A stretch of 15,883 nt of DNA. It comes from Ginkgo biloba (taxonomy: Eukaryota; Plantae; Ginkgophyta). The notes below the pieces were generated by a model. It had not been told where the DNA came from. It did not search any database and saw nothing but the letters and a program-made list of their open reading frames with translations. The position numbers and the translations under genes are program-made. Each line of letters starts with the position of its first letter. Position 1 is the stretch's first letter. Positions 1 to 9,965 of this stretch are shown here, piece by piece. The stretch lies in NCBI GenBank assembly GCA_024626585.2, contig JANKJI020000002.1, positions 144,827,554 through 144,843,436 on the forward strand, written 5' to 3'.

Positions 1-299
1 ATCCTCCAAAACTCCTTATCTTTAGGTGGTGTGGGGGCAAAAAAAAAATTTGGTTGGATAGGTAGGTAGGTCCAAATCATGAGCCTTTGGGTCAAAGCGT
101 GTAATATTAGGAAATTATGGATCTTAGTAGAGCCATGGCGTTGACCAAGGTGGCATACTTTTATGATTTTTAGACCAAAAAGTGAAGGAATATAGTAGTG
201 CTTCTAGCAGATGACAATGGATATTTGTATTATCACTTAGTCATCTTAGTGGATTAGCTAAATGATTAAATAGGACATATCAGTTTACCAATGGACAAC

Positions 300-620
300 A
301 CTATAGTAGATCAATAGGAGGGTCTCTGGTTCATCTTCCTCTTAGTCCAGTTTACATTCATAATAGAATCAATGCCCCTAGGGATCTCAACTACCAAGTG
401 AAATGGGATTGGATTTGGNNNNNNNNNNAGCCTAGACAGAATCTAATTCACTCAAGATTGGCTCATAAGGGATTCTTATTTGTTGAAATCTATAGGAATT
501 GGGGTGTTCAAGGTCCTTCTTAGTGTGTGAGGTGCCTAAATGCAACTAAAGACTTGGTGCATTCTTTGTGGGAATGTGAGGGCATACAAAGAACCTAGTC
601 TAAATTTTTCAGCTTATTTA
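300..620 (+). mobile_element. Degenerate L1-type LINE ORF2 C-terminal fragment (zf-RVT zinc-binding region)
   Basis: VKWDWIW lies just before the 10-N gap. Frame 431-598 reads PRQNLIHSRLAHKGFLFVEIYRNWGVQGPS*CVRCLNATKDLVHSLWECEGIQRT*, giving CX2CX8HX4C at 524-577 in the usual plant LINE zf-RVT context. In-frame stops show it is dead. Boundaries approximate. Confidence 0.75.
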
Positions 621-2128
621 GTCTGACTATGGCTCGATATCTCAGGATAACAAAATTCAGCATGTTCCAGAGTTCATTTTAGCAACAACATGGTCAATGG
701 CCGCCCTTAGATTTGGTCAAGATAGGGTTGTTTACTGCTAAATGTATCATAGTCGAAGAATCATCGGATCCAATGACAGGCCCTAGAGAGACCAGATTGC
801 GGTGTTGCTGCTCTCACCAATAATGTTACATTCTTGATGACTTTAGGAAAAAGTCTTTGGCAACTGGATGATGACAAAACAAAGATTCATAGAATTGCAA
901 ACATAGATGCAATGAATGAAGAAAGATCTCTATATGAATTCTAGAAAGTACATGACAAAGAAACAAATGATTATGATAGATCAAGTACAAAAGATGATGA
1001 AGTGATAAGTGATGTGCANNNNNNNNNNNNNNNNNNNNNNNNNNNNNNNNNNNNNNNNNNNNNNNNNNNNNNNNNNNNNNNNNNNNNNNNNNNNNNNNNN
1101 NNNNNNNNNNNNNNNNNNATACGTTAATTTATGGTCGTTGTTAGAATGTATTATTTAGTAGGTTTTCAGTAAGGGAACTAAATCAAGGCCGACTTGCACT
1201 AGAGACCATAACCACTATGTTGTTAACCTTTGTTGGCCGTCGAGATTGCCTAAGGGGTTCTACTATGCAGGCAATCACACCACTAAAACATAAATGCTAA
1301 ACGTTAGTGTTTAATAGCTATTAACAATCTAGTAGACTCCACCCGACAATCCTACACTAGAGAGGATGCCAAGCATAGGTCTATTTTCAACCTCTTTTTG
1401 GCATCAGCATAGTCGTAGACATTCATCTCAATATCCATCTCCTTATTGATAGTTAATGGTTTTGGGTATAATAAACTCTAGGGCTACACATATAGACCCT
1501 AACCACAAATTCTACAAGCTCCAAAATCACCATGGATGCAACAAAATACCACGGATCATGACTACACCAATAGCCATACTGTCCATGACTATGCTAATAG
1601 CAATAGACCCCACAACTACAACAATAGACTGCAAACTGTCAGATGTAAGGTTTAGCATGAACATTCATCTGGCCCTCTAGGGTATTCACAATCCCATTAT
1701 CAGTAGGCCTAAATTGGTGCATGCAAGGGAAAAAATGAAGCCTCATATAGAGGCGCCTTAAACCGAGGCTAAAAATACCCTAGCAAGTTTGCGACTAGAG
1801 CTTCCCACTACCCTAGACTCATTTGCTAGGGTTTTTGTAGTATAGGTAGGGTAATCTTAGAAAATATAACAAAGATTGCATACTGCATTAAACAATCATT
1901 ATTGTACTATAAATAATCATAAACATCACAAATTAGCCCTTTGACTAAGGGCTCCCTACCCTAAGCAGTCTGAATCCCATAAATTATGATTTGGCTCCAT
2001 AATATAAGCATGCGTAAACCAAGATACTATTCTATCTAGAAGCTACCAAAAAATTACATCAATTTAGGGTGATAGAATTTAACACAAAGTTAGGGTTTGC
2101 AAAATACTTACCAAATATAGACTTACCT

Positions 2129-2190
2129 TGTTAAAGATATCATAATTGCTCTGATACCATGTTAAAGATATCAGAGTCGCTCTAATACCA
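2129..2190. repeat. 31-bp tandem duplication of an LTR-end/PBS unit
   Basis: TGTTAAAGATATCA-TAATT-GCTCTGATACCA (2129-2159) and TGTTAAAGATATCA-GAGTC-GCTCTAATACCA (2160-2190), followed by a partial third start TGGTAAAAG. Confidence 0.85.
2148..2159 (-). promoter_or_regulatory. tRNA-iMet primer-binding site of an LTR retroelement (TGGTATCAGAGC)
   Basis: Plus strand GCTCTGATACCA at 2148-2159 is the exact reverse complement of the canonical plant tRNA-iMet PBS. On the minus strand it is immediately preceded by ...AACA, as expected for an LTR 3' end. Confidence 0.85.
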
Positions 2191-2402
2191 TGGTAAAAGT
2201 TTTTCGGCATGGAGATGAGATTATGCAAATCATTGAACAGTGGTTTGTTTACAAACTAAAAATCAGAGTTTATGCAACTGAAAACATGAGACATCAAAAC
2301 CNNNNNNNNNNNNNNNNNNNNNNNNNNNNNNNNNNNNNNNNNNNNNNNNNNNNNNNNNNNNNNNNNNNNNNNNNNNNNNNNNNNNNNNNNNNNNNNNNNN
2401 NC

Positions 2403-3717
2403 CCAGGTGGAAGGACCTCTTATCTCTCTGAGTTACAAACTGGGAAGGAGGTCATTGTGGTGGACATACATGGTCGACAGCGAACAGCCATAGTGGGCCG
2501 TGTGAAGATAGAGTCCAGGCCTCTTATTCTAGTTGAGGCTAAGGTGCGTGTTGTTTCAGGTGTTTTTTATTCAACTAAACTTTCCTGATTAGTGTTCAAA
2601 ATCTAATCTAGCTATTGCAATTTCAATATAATCATTTAATGCAACCGAGATTTCAGTCCATTCAAAAACATATTGTGTTGTGCTCTCTTGTAGATTGAAT
2701 ATACATTACATTTGATGTAAACCTAGTGCTGTTTGTCTTCATAATTGATCTCTTACAAGTAATTTGTAATCAATCATTTACATGAGAAGATTTCCCTAAA
2801 ATGTATTCCAATACCGAAGGGCTTCCTTTTGTCTATGGTTGAACTGAGTTATTGCTGGTAGTTATTAGGCAAATGTTTTCTAGAAGGTCTGCACATTACA
2901 TAGAGACAGAATTTGTAACTAGCATTGCTATCCCCTCATCTAGCAGGCAAAGATTGACCTCCATGGAAATACTTCTTAATTGAGATAGACATGAGAGTAC
3001 AGTTATATTGCAGGTTTTCAAATTTTGCTTGTCCCTTCTCCTTCAAAACCAAAAGGACTCCATTTTGAATGTCCTGTTTGCCTGCTAAATGGTAGCCGTC
3101 ATCAAAAGCACTAGTATTGCATGCAAAACTCCCTCTGAAACCAAAGCCAGAGCCCCATCGCTTTCCCTGAATTGGACTACCTGTCTGAACTTCACAAACT
3201 CAATATGCTGCCTCCATTTTCTTCATCTTACAGTGGAAGGGATGGCATCCCTAGAGCATACTGCATAAGAATTAAATTCTGAAGTGTAGGGAAAGTACTT
3301 CTCTTCTTCCTTATTCTTCATATAATTTTACCTTTTTAACCTGTCATAAATTATTCATGAATCAATGGAATGCACCTTGAGATTTTATACCTGGTATTTG
3401 TAGATAGAATCTGCTGATGTTGAAGAATGCAGTATTCTTTTGCAAAATGCAGAAACAGTCAGTTTAATTTGTCCTCCATGTCCAGGTACTTAGTACATTT
3501 AACTGTTTTGTTGAATTTTTCCTTTATTCCTTTTCTCCTTTGTAGTCAAATGCCTGGGTAGTGGAATGTTTAAGGACAACTGTTTGCAGATAGGGAAACA
3601 GTGCAGTTGATGACACCTGTATCGACCTTAAAAGTTGGCGATCAGGTTCTCTTGAGTTTACAGGAGAGTGCACGCCACACAGGTATACAAATTCAGGAGT
3701 TTATCTTAGAAAGGTAA
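2403..3717 (+). CDS. 3-dehydroquinate synthase II family protein (archaeal AroB'-type, plant homologue); last three coding exons, 5' part cut by the assembly gap. join(<2403..2543,3404..3485,3590..3717)
   Basis: Exon A 2403-2543 reads PGGRTSYLSELQTGKEVIVVDIHGRQRTAIVGRVKIESRPLILVEAK and ends AAG|GTGCGT (phase 0). Exon B 3404-3485 follows TTTGTAG|, reads IESADVEECSILLQNAETVSLICPPCP and ends CAG|GTACTT (phase 1). Exon C 3590-3717 follows TTTGCAG|, reads (D)RETVQLMTPVSTLKVGDQVLLSLQESARHTGIQIQEFILER* with TAA at 3715-3717. Phases join with no stop. The motifs YLSEL, VGRVKIExRPL, LQNAETV, LKxGDxVL and ARHxG...IxEFIxE are the conserved C-terminal signature of the DHQS II family. Confidence 0.93.
2544..3403 (+). 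other. GT-AG intron of the DHQS-II-like gene (860 bp, phase 0)
   Basis: GTGCGT donor at 2544 and TTTGTAG acceptor ending 3403; splicing restores the family alignment VEAK|IES...SILLQNAETV. Confidence 0.85.
3486..3589 (+). other. GT-AG intron of the DHQS-II-like gene (104 bp, phase 1)
   Basis: GTACTT donor at 3486, U-rich body, TTTGCAG acceptor ending 3589. This acceptor keeps the conserved LKVGD/ARHTG frame; the AG at 3544-3545 does not. Confidence 0.8.
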
Positions 3718-6369
3718 GTCCTTTGGAAATAATAGTGTATAAGTTTATAACCCAGTCAAACGGTCATTTCCCTTTACAATTTATTTGCAGTAATGTAATG
3801 CATCATTCTTTTGGCCCCCACTTTGATGGAGGATACAATGCCGGTTGCAAATTGCAGAAGTACATTATAGTAAAGGCCCTTTGAGAAAAGGCAGAATTAT
3901 AGCTATGTCTGGATGCTGAATTAATATTTAAAACTAATTCTCTTTGAGGAACTTCTTCCTTTGCCAATTCTAAACTAGTTATCCCCTTCTCTATATTTAA
4001 TGGGGTTATTTTTACTAGAATGTTGGGTGAAGACGAATGAGTAACCTATTTAGTTTTTCTTAATGAGTCGACATAATTTGTTGAACTTCAATTTCTAGGA
4101 GTTATCTTACCTTTTTCGGGCATTGCTTCCTCTTCGTGTGATATTTTATGCTTTATATCCTTTTATTATTTCCAAATTATCTAATCCTAATGTGATGAAT
4201 TGGGATAGATCTTCCCACATATGCTTTTTATGACCCACCAATTCCTGAGGTTTCTCCTCTTCTTTCATTATTAATAAGGGTTATTGTGTCTTTCATTTTT
4301 CCATCACCATGAGCATGATTCTCCTCAATGTCTGAAGGTAGTCCAACATCATCCTATTCCTGGTAGTATTAATTTTATTTGGATGGTTGTGAATCTTTGA
4401 GTTTGTTTGGAGGTGTTTTACTACCCCTAAAATTATGTTCCAATGAATCATAATCAAATGGATTATAATACTCATCTCTTGGATTTGACATATGATAAGA
4501 CTAAAGCTTATAATGCCTTGCAAAAATAACATCAGGATCATATTACCTCACACGATCCTCTTCAAAGTTATAACTCAAGATTTCCTTGGTGTGATCTTTG
4601 TCTTGGCTAATTTAGCTAACTATAAATATTCTAATTATGATAGGAAATGAATGAAAAGTAGCTTTCTTCCATCTATGGTAGACCTTGATGTAGATCTCCA
4701 CCATATGCCAACATATCTCATACATCANNNNNNNNNNNNNNNNNNNNNNNNNNNNNNNNNNNNNNNNNNNNNNNNNNNNNNNNNNNNNNNNNNNNNNNNN
4801 NNNNNNNNNNNNNNNNNNNNNNNNNNNACTATTGATTGTTACGTGTCAAACGATTCTCATATAGCATGTGATGACTTTGATCTGTTCCTTGTTACACCTA
4901 ACCCAACCTTTGGATTGTTTTCCATGATATAAAGAAGTTTCAGTTACCTACATATTATTTGTGTTCAGTTGAACCCTTGAGGAAGTAAATGACAATAAGT
5001 TAAAATTGTATCATAAGATTTCTAATAATAATGTCCCATTAATCTTGGTTATGCCCTTAAGGTGAAAGTTAGCTTTCAGCAATAGTAACTCCTGTTTTAA
5101 ATTGGGTATTGATCTTCATATTCCATACTTGACCAGCTTCAAATAGTTATCTCTGTTAATACTTGTAAATTCGTAAGTACCTTGCAAGTCATAGAGATCT
5201 CTAATCCTACCTGATTGCATACATATTGTAAGAGTACAAAATATGAAGAAATCTCTTCCTTTTAAATGCAATAATTGTACACTCTCAAAATTTTACATCT
5301 ATTGGTAGAAAACAATCTTCCTTACTATGTGACAAGTATATCATGACATATCTCAACTGATGGCAATATCTTTCCATGTTGAATAGTATTCAACGTGTGA
5401 AGTGAAATCATGTGACTTAATGGTCTTAAGAATCTAGGGTCCAAGTGTACTATTGATTAGATAGGGTGTAAGGAGCCAAAACATGAATAAGTGGATAATG
5501 TAGCCATTAAAGATTTAAGGAGCCAAAGTTGGTGAGTTAGTAGATGAGATAAAAATGAGAGGATACAACTGTAATTGAAAACGAGGAGAATTTCAAGAGA
5601 AGGAAACCTTAGAAAGATGCCTTGTGTATGACAGTATAAAAAACAAATATCAGCTTTGAAGAATTTTGTAGAAGAGACACAAGGGTGGATGACAAATGCC
5701 AATTGTGGGCTGTAAGTCTAAGTAGAATTGTTTGCTAATCTTAAACCTGGTATGTCTTAGCAAAGCATGCTAACTATCAATTGAATATAATGCACAATGA
5801 ACAACACAGGATGCAAATGTACCCTTGATAGATAGAGAAGAGTTATGAATACATTGCTCTCACGAATGTACTCAATCATCCTTAATGAATATCTGGGTCG
5901 TAGTCTAGAATGGAATAGATAGATTTTATCACAAGATGAAGTCATAATACAAGATTAGTTGATGATGATACAATTGATGGATAATGCAACTGTTGTCCTA
6001 CAACAATTATTACTTACATACATGTCTTTCCATTGCTAATAGTTACAACTTCTACAAAAGACTTGATTACTACTCATTTATGACTTAATTACATTTATGA
6101 CTAGTATGATTGATTGCATTCAATTAGTGTTATGGCAGCGACTAATCANNNNNNNNNNNNNNNNNNNNNNNNNNNNNNNNNNNNNNNNNNNNNNNNNNNN
6201 NNNNNNNNNNNNNNNNNNNNNNNNNNNNNNNNNNNNNNNNNNNNNNNNATGAAGAAGACTGAGCTCCTTTTTCTCTGTGTTTATGGAATAGGTGGGGACT
6301 AAATTTCAAGTGTTAACAGTGGAGGTAGATGAATATCTTGGTATGATGGAATGTTTGCATCGACCGATG

Positions 6370-7266
6370 CTAGTTCGTCTTCCTTTGTTGCATCCCCAAC
6401 TTCACTAGTTCATGGTTGCCCTTTTCACTTTGAAATCGAGTCTTGACCAGTAACCCATGCCCTTGTGCTATGTGTAATCCCTTCAATCTTAACAACTGCT
6501 CATTTCACTTTAACCAATTCAATACCTTTGACATTTCCTCTCTCATCTTTGCCACATTGACTACCAATTTGGAACCTTTAGTATACCCTTTCACCCATTC
6601 TACTAGCAATGGACATTCATCATTATCATCATCAATTGGGAGATTTATTCGAAGACATTGTGCTAACAACAACCCCATGAACATTGACAGAAAGAAAAAT
6701 GAAGAAGAACAGTGTGCTTCCTTTATTCGTTTTAGCAATAATAACATTTTGTATCTAACAAATATATACTAGTTGAATTGGTCATCAACTTTAATTCGCT
6801 ATAACATCGATCTCATCTTTGTCATAATGAATGCACTCTTTTGGTTTCCCGAAACCCTGGGTGCAATAAATTGAGTTATCAACTTGAGGTCCAAATCCTT
6901 TATGACTCCACCTAAAGACAGATTGAGGTTGCATTCATGGGCTTGAAACGTAATTCCTTTGCCACCAACTATTGATCAAGTTTGGGTGCGATAGGAATAT
7001 TTGGACCTTCAAATAGAAGCCTAATTATCTCATGAATTGCCTGGTCAATGATTATAAGCACCTTTGAACAAGCAATGACTATTCTCATCTCAGATGCCAA
7101 TGTCACGAATCGTAAAATGTAGGTGGTATGGACAAATGTGTTGCCAACCTAGCCTTTCTAGAGAAAGACATAGTGGATGATCTATGGGAAACCCTTGGTA
7201 CTCCACTAAGAGCTTGGAAATATCATGATTATGTATTTCCATAGCAAATACAGGGATCTCATCCAT
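6370..7266 (-). pseudogene. Degenerate retrotransposon accessory ORF, plant-mobile-domain / Transposase_32-like
   Basis: About 300 codons with a few stops and frameshifts: MDEIPVFAMEIHNHDISKLLVEYQGFP.../IDQAIHEIIRLLFEGP.../IKDLDLKLITQFIAPRV...DDQFN*YIFVRYKMLLLLKRIKEAHCSSSFFFLSMFMGLLL...CPLLVEW. This resembles the AIxxxTGLPxxG and FNW...L...K...FxFxSxL pattern. Family assignment is by eye. Confidence 0.5.
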
Positions 7267-7719
7267 GGTTACTTCCTATGGTGTCCTCTCAATGGTCACT
7301 TCGATGAGTTTCTACTGATTAGTTTCAACACATTCAAACAACCAAAGAGCAATGTAAGGTGGTTGCAACAGGGAGGTAGTTAAAAGAAACGTTTGCCCAC
7401 TTGTTCTCCATTCAATGATATGATGAGGAAATGAATTTTATATTAGAATAAATAATGTTTATTTATTATGTCTTTACTTTATGTTTTGTAACTTNNNNNN
7501 NNNNNNNNNNNNNNNNNNNNNNNNNNNNNNNNNNNNNNNNNNNNNNNNNNNNNNNNNNNNNNNNNNNNNNNNNNNNNNNNNNNNNNNNNNNNNNGACCTC
7601 GTTGAAGGAAGTCGATGCACTGTCTAGGGATAGCGATTGGTTTTTGTGCATGTAAAGCACCCTATTTTGCCTTGTTTTGAAGTCGCCTTGCTTGGATTCT
7701 CTTCCGATGAGCTTTTTAT

Positions 7720-9865
7720 AGCTTCTATAGATTCTGGAATTAGTGTGGCATCATTCTTGAGGGAAGCGGGTTGTTACATCATGTACCAAATCACCATTTT
7801 TAAATTCAAGATCTTAAATATACTAGTCATGCCAAGATTTTTAACATTGTTGACTAGCCTCCGATTGCCATTGAGCTATAACATGGGTTTCATCGAGCTT
7901 CATGAGATGATGTAAATGGATCTTATGAGATTCTATGTCATTAAGCCTATATTTACTACGATTTGTAGGCTTGGTACCAAGAATTCGAAAGGCATAATGG
8001 CTTCTTGTCGATAGACTAGATCAAATGGGGCGAACCCATTAGTAGGTTTAGGTGTAGTGCAATCAACCCATGGCGTGGAATGAATTTTCTTAGTCGAGTC
8101 ATTCAGCCCCACATTACAGATCTTGGTTAGAATATTTCTTAGTATCTTATTATCGGTGCTTTCAGTGAGGCCATTGGCTCATGGGTAATGCGGTGTTGAT
8201 TTTCAATGAATAATCATAAAGTCCTGCATTAAATGTTGAATGGTTGCATTTATGAAACTAGCCCCTTGATCACTTATGATTTGAATGAGGCAACCGAATC
8301 AAGTAATGATCATTTCATATATGAAATGATCGTACTTTGTGCATCACACTTTCAACAAGGTTGAGCCTTAGCACATTTGGTCACATAATTGGTGGCCACG
8401 AGTATATATCTTGCTTGCATCCTTCATGCCAAAGTATTAATTGGTCCTAGCAAGTTGAGTCTCATTTTTCAAGGGGACAATTAGCCGATATTGGATGTAA
8501 GTGTTTGATATGAATTACATGTGGGTTGCCCACCCTTTGGCATACATCATAATTCTTAGCCCAATTCTTTGCATCTTTAAACAATGGTGGTTTCCATAGC
8601 CCAGGCAATAGTATCTTCTGAGCGGCGCCATCACCTCCCACATGCCCCCCAATTTCTCTTTCATGAGCCTCTCAAACAATTGCGAGGACCTCATGGTTAA
8701 TGACATAGCGACGTAGTACATGGTTTGGCCCTAATTGATATAACACTCCTGCAATCAATTGGTATGGTTCAACTCTTCACACTAAGTTGTGTCTTTCTAT
8801 GTAATCGAGTCTAGGCGACAATACCCCAATAGCCAAATATTGCACAATGTCACTCTACAAATTTGGAGTTGGTGTTACCTAGAATAAGGCAACATCTGGA
8901 AAATCGTCTTGTTCACGTCGCTTCTTTCCCTGTGTTAATTATTGAAAGTTGATTAGGAACATTATGATGTGCACTAGGCTTGACAATCATTGTGAAATTG
9001 AAACTCCTAAAACAACAGTAGCTAGCTGTTGATGTGTCCTTGTAATATTGGCTTATCAATTAAGTATAGTAATGCTTTATGGTTTATATAAAAGTTAAAG
9101 TGATTGGGTGACCAGTAATGCTAGAATTTTTGTATAGAATTAACCATTCCTAATCCTTCACACTCGATTATTGTATAATTATGTTTGACTAATGACAATT
9201 TTCTACTAGTGAATCATATAAGGTGATCAATGTTTTCTTCACTTGGTTGGGCTAACACGCTACTGATAGCATTATGATGCATTTATGTGAATTTTAAATT
9301 CTTTCTTCTAGTCTAGACACTGAAGGATGCGAGCATTGGCAACTTTTGTTTTTAGGGTGTTAAATAATAATCAGTGTTCTAGCATCCATTCAAATGCCAA
9401 ATTCTTCTTCATAAGTTGTTCCAATGTAGAGGAGATGTGTGCGTAATTTCATATAAATTGTCGGTAATAATTAGTTAGTCCTAGGAGTCCTTTGAACTAT
9501 TTGGTTGAGGAAGGGGATATGAATCCTAGGATTAGGGCTACTTTGGTTGGCTTCATGAGTAATCCTTCTTTTGTGACAATGTGACCCATGAAGTTGCATT
9601 TCTCCAAGTTTAAACAAGGCTCACTTTTGCAAAATACTTCCAACATCTCTTAAAGGTTACTAAGATGGCCATTGATTAGTGAGTATAACCTCTGGTCATT
9701 TGAAAACACTTGAATCTTTTTCCCAATTATTTTTTGAAGATGTTTAGGATCACTCGTTGATATATGGAAGGAGTGTTCACTAGTCCAAATGGCATTATGA
9801 GGTAACTTTACATACCCCATTCCTATGACGAACATAGTTTTTAACTGGTCCTCGAGCATAATACA
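7720..9865 (-). pseudogene. pol: pol: RT (C-terminal part) - RNase H - integrase, heavily disrupted
   Basis: RT: EDQLKTMFV, IMPFGLVNTPSIYQR (~9755-9800), QVFSND (eroded F/YxDD), LNLEKCNF, GHIVTKEG, LLGLTNYYRQFI. RNase H: EFKIHINAS (~9275-9301), SRKLS..HNYTIIECEGLGMV, FYINHKAL. Integrase: EAHEREIGGH...YDVCQR (~8534-8670), YILVATNYVTK, IISDQG (~8263-8280), STPHYP*ANGLTES, PFDLVY..EAIMP, KSWHD...FKNGDLV. The order RT-RH-INT defines Ty3/gypsy. Confidence 0.93.
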
Positions 9866-9965
9866 NNNNNNNNNNNNNNNNNNNNNNNNNNNNNNNNNNN
9901 NNNNNNNNNNNNNNNNNNNNNNNNNNNNNNNNNNNNNNNNNNNNNNNNNNNNNNNNNNNNNNNNN

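Larger units (their letters stand above)
1119..2301 (-). mobile_element. Probable LTR retrotransposon remnant: end of 5' LTR, PBS and decayed leader/internal sequence
   Basis: LTR-end CA plus PBS at 2148-2190. No recognisable coding domain in 1119-2120, so the extent is a guess set to the contig limits. Confidence 0.45.

Noticed and set aside
1-300. LINE ORF1 (DUF4283)-like reading
   Set aside because: Resemblance is weak, and the position directly before zf-RVT does not fit ORF1.
1456-1680. 74-aa ORF
   Set aside because: Thr/Ile-rich, low information, no recognisable motif, and inside a probable LTR-element remnant.
2129-2190. CRISPR-like repeat-spacer array or endogenous caulimovirid origin
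   Set aside because: Only two units with 5-bp spacers in eukaryotic DNA and no cas genes. No movement or coat protein motifs nearby; the LTR-end CA plus PBS explains it better.
2190-2588. 132-aa ORF as a single-exon gene
   Set aside because: It bridges a 100-N gap. The 5' part is LTR-like sequence and the tail VRVVSG... is intron read-through; only 2403-2543 is coding.
4050-4727. Possible gag remnant (YCVFH...HDSPQC at 4282-4331; PWCDLC near 4585) and ORF 4293-4541
   Set aside because: The motifs need frameshifts and are too short to support a call. Likely an old TE, but not demonstrable by eye.
8515-8721. 68-aa minus-strand ORF
   Set aside because: An off-frame reading of the integrase zinc-finger region.
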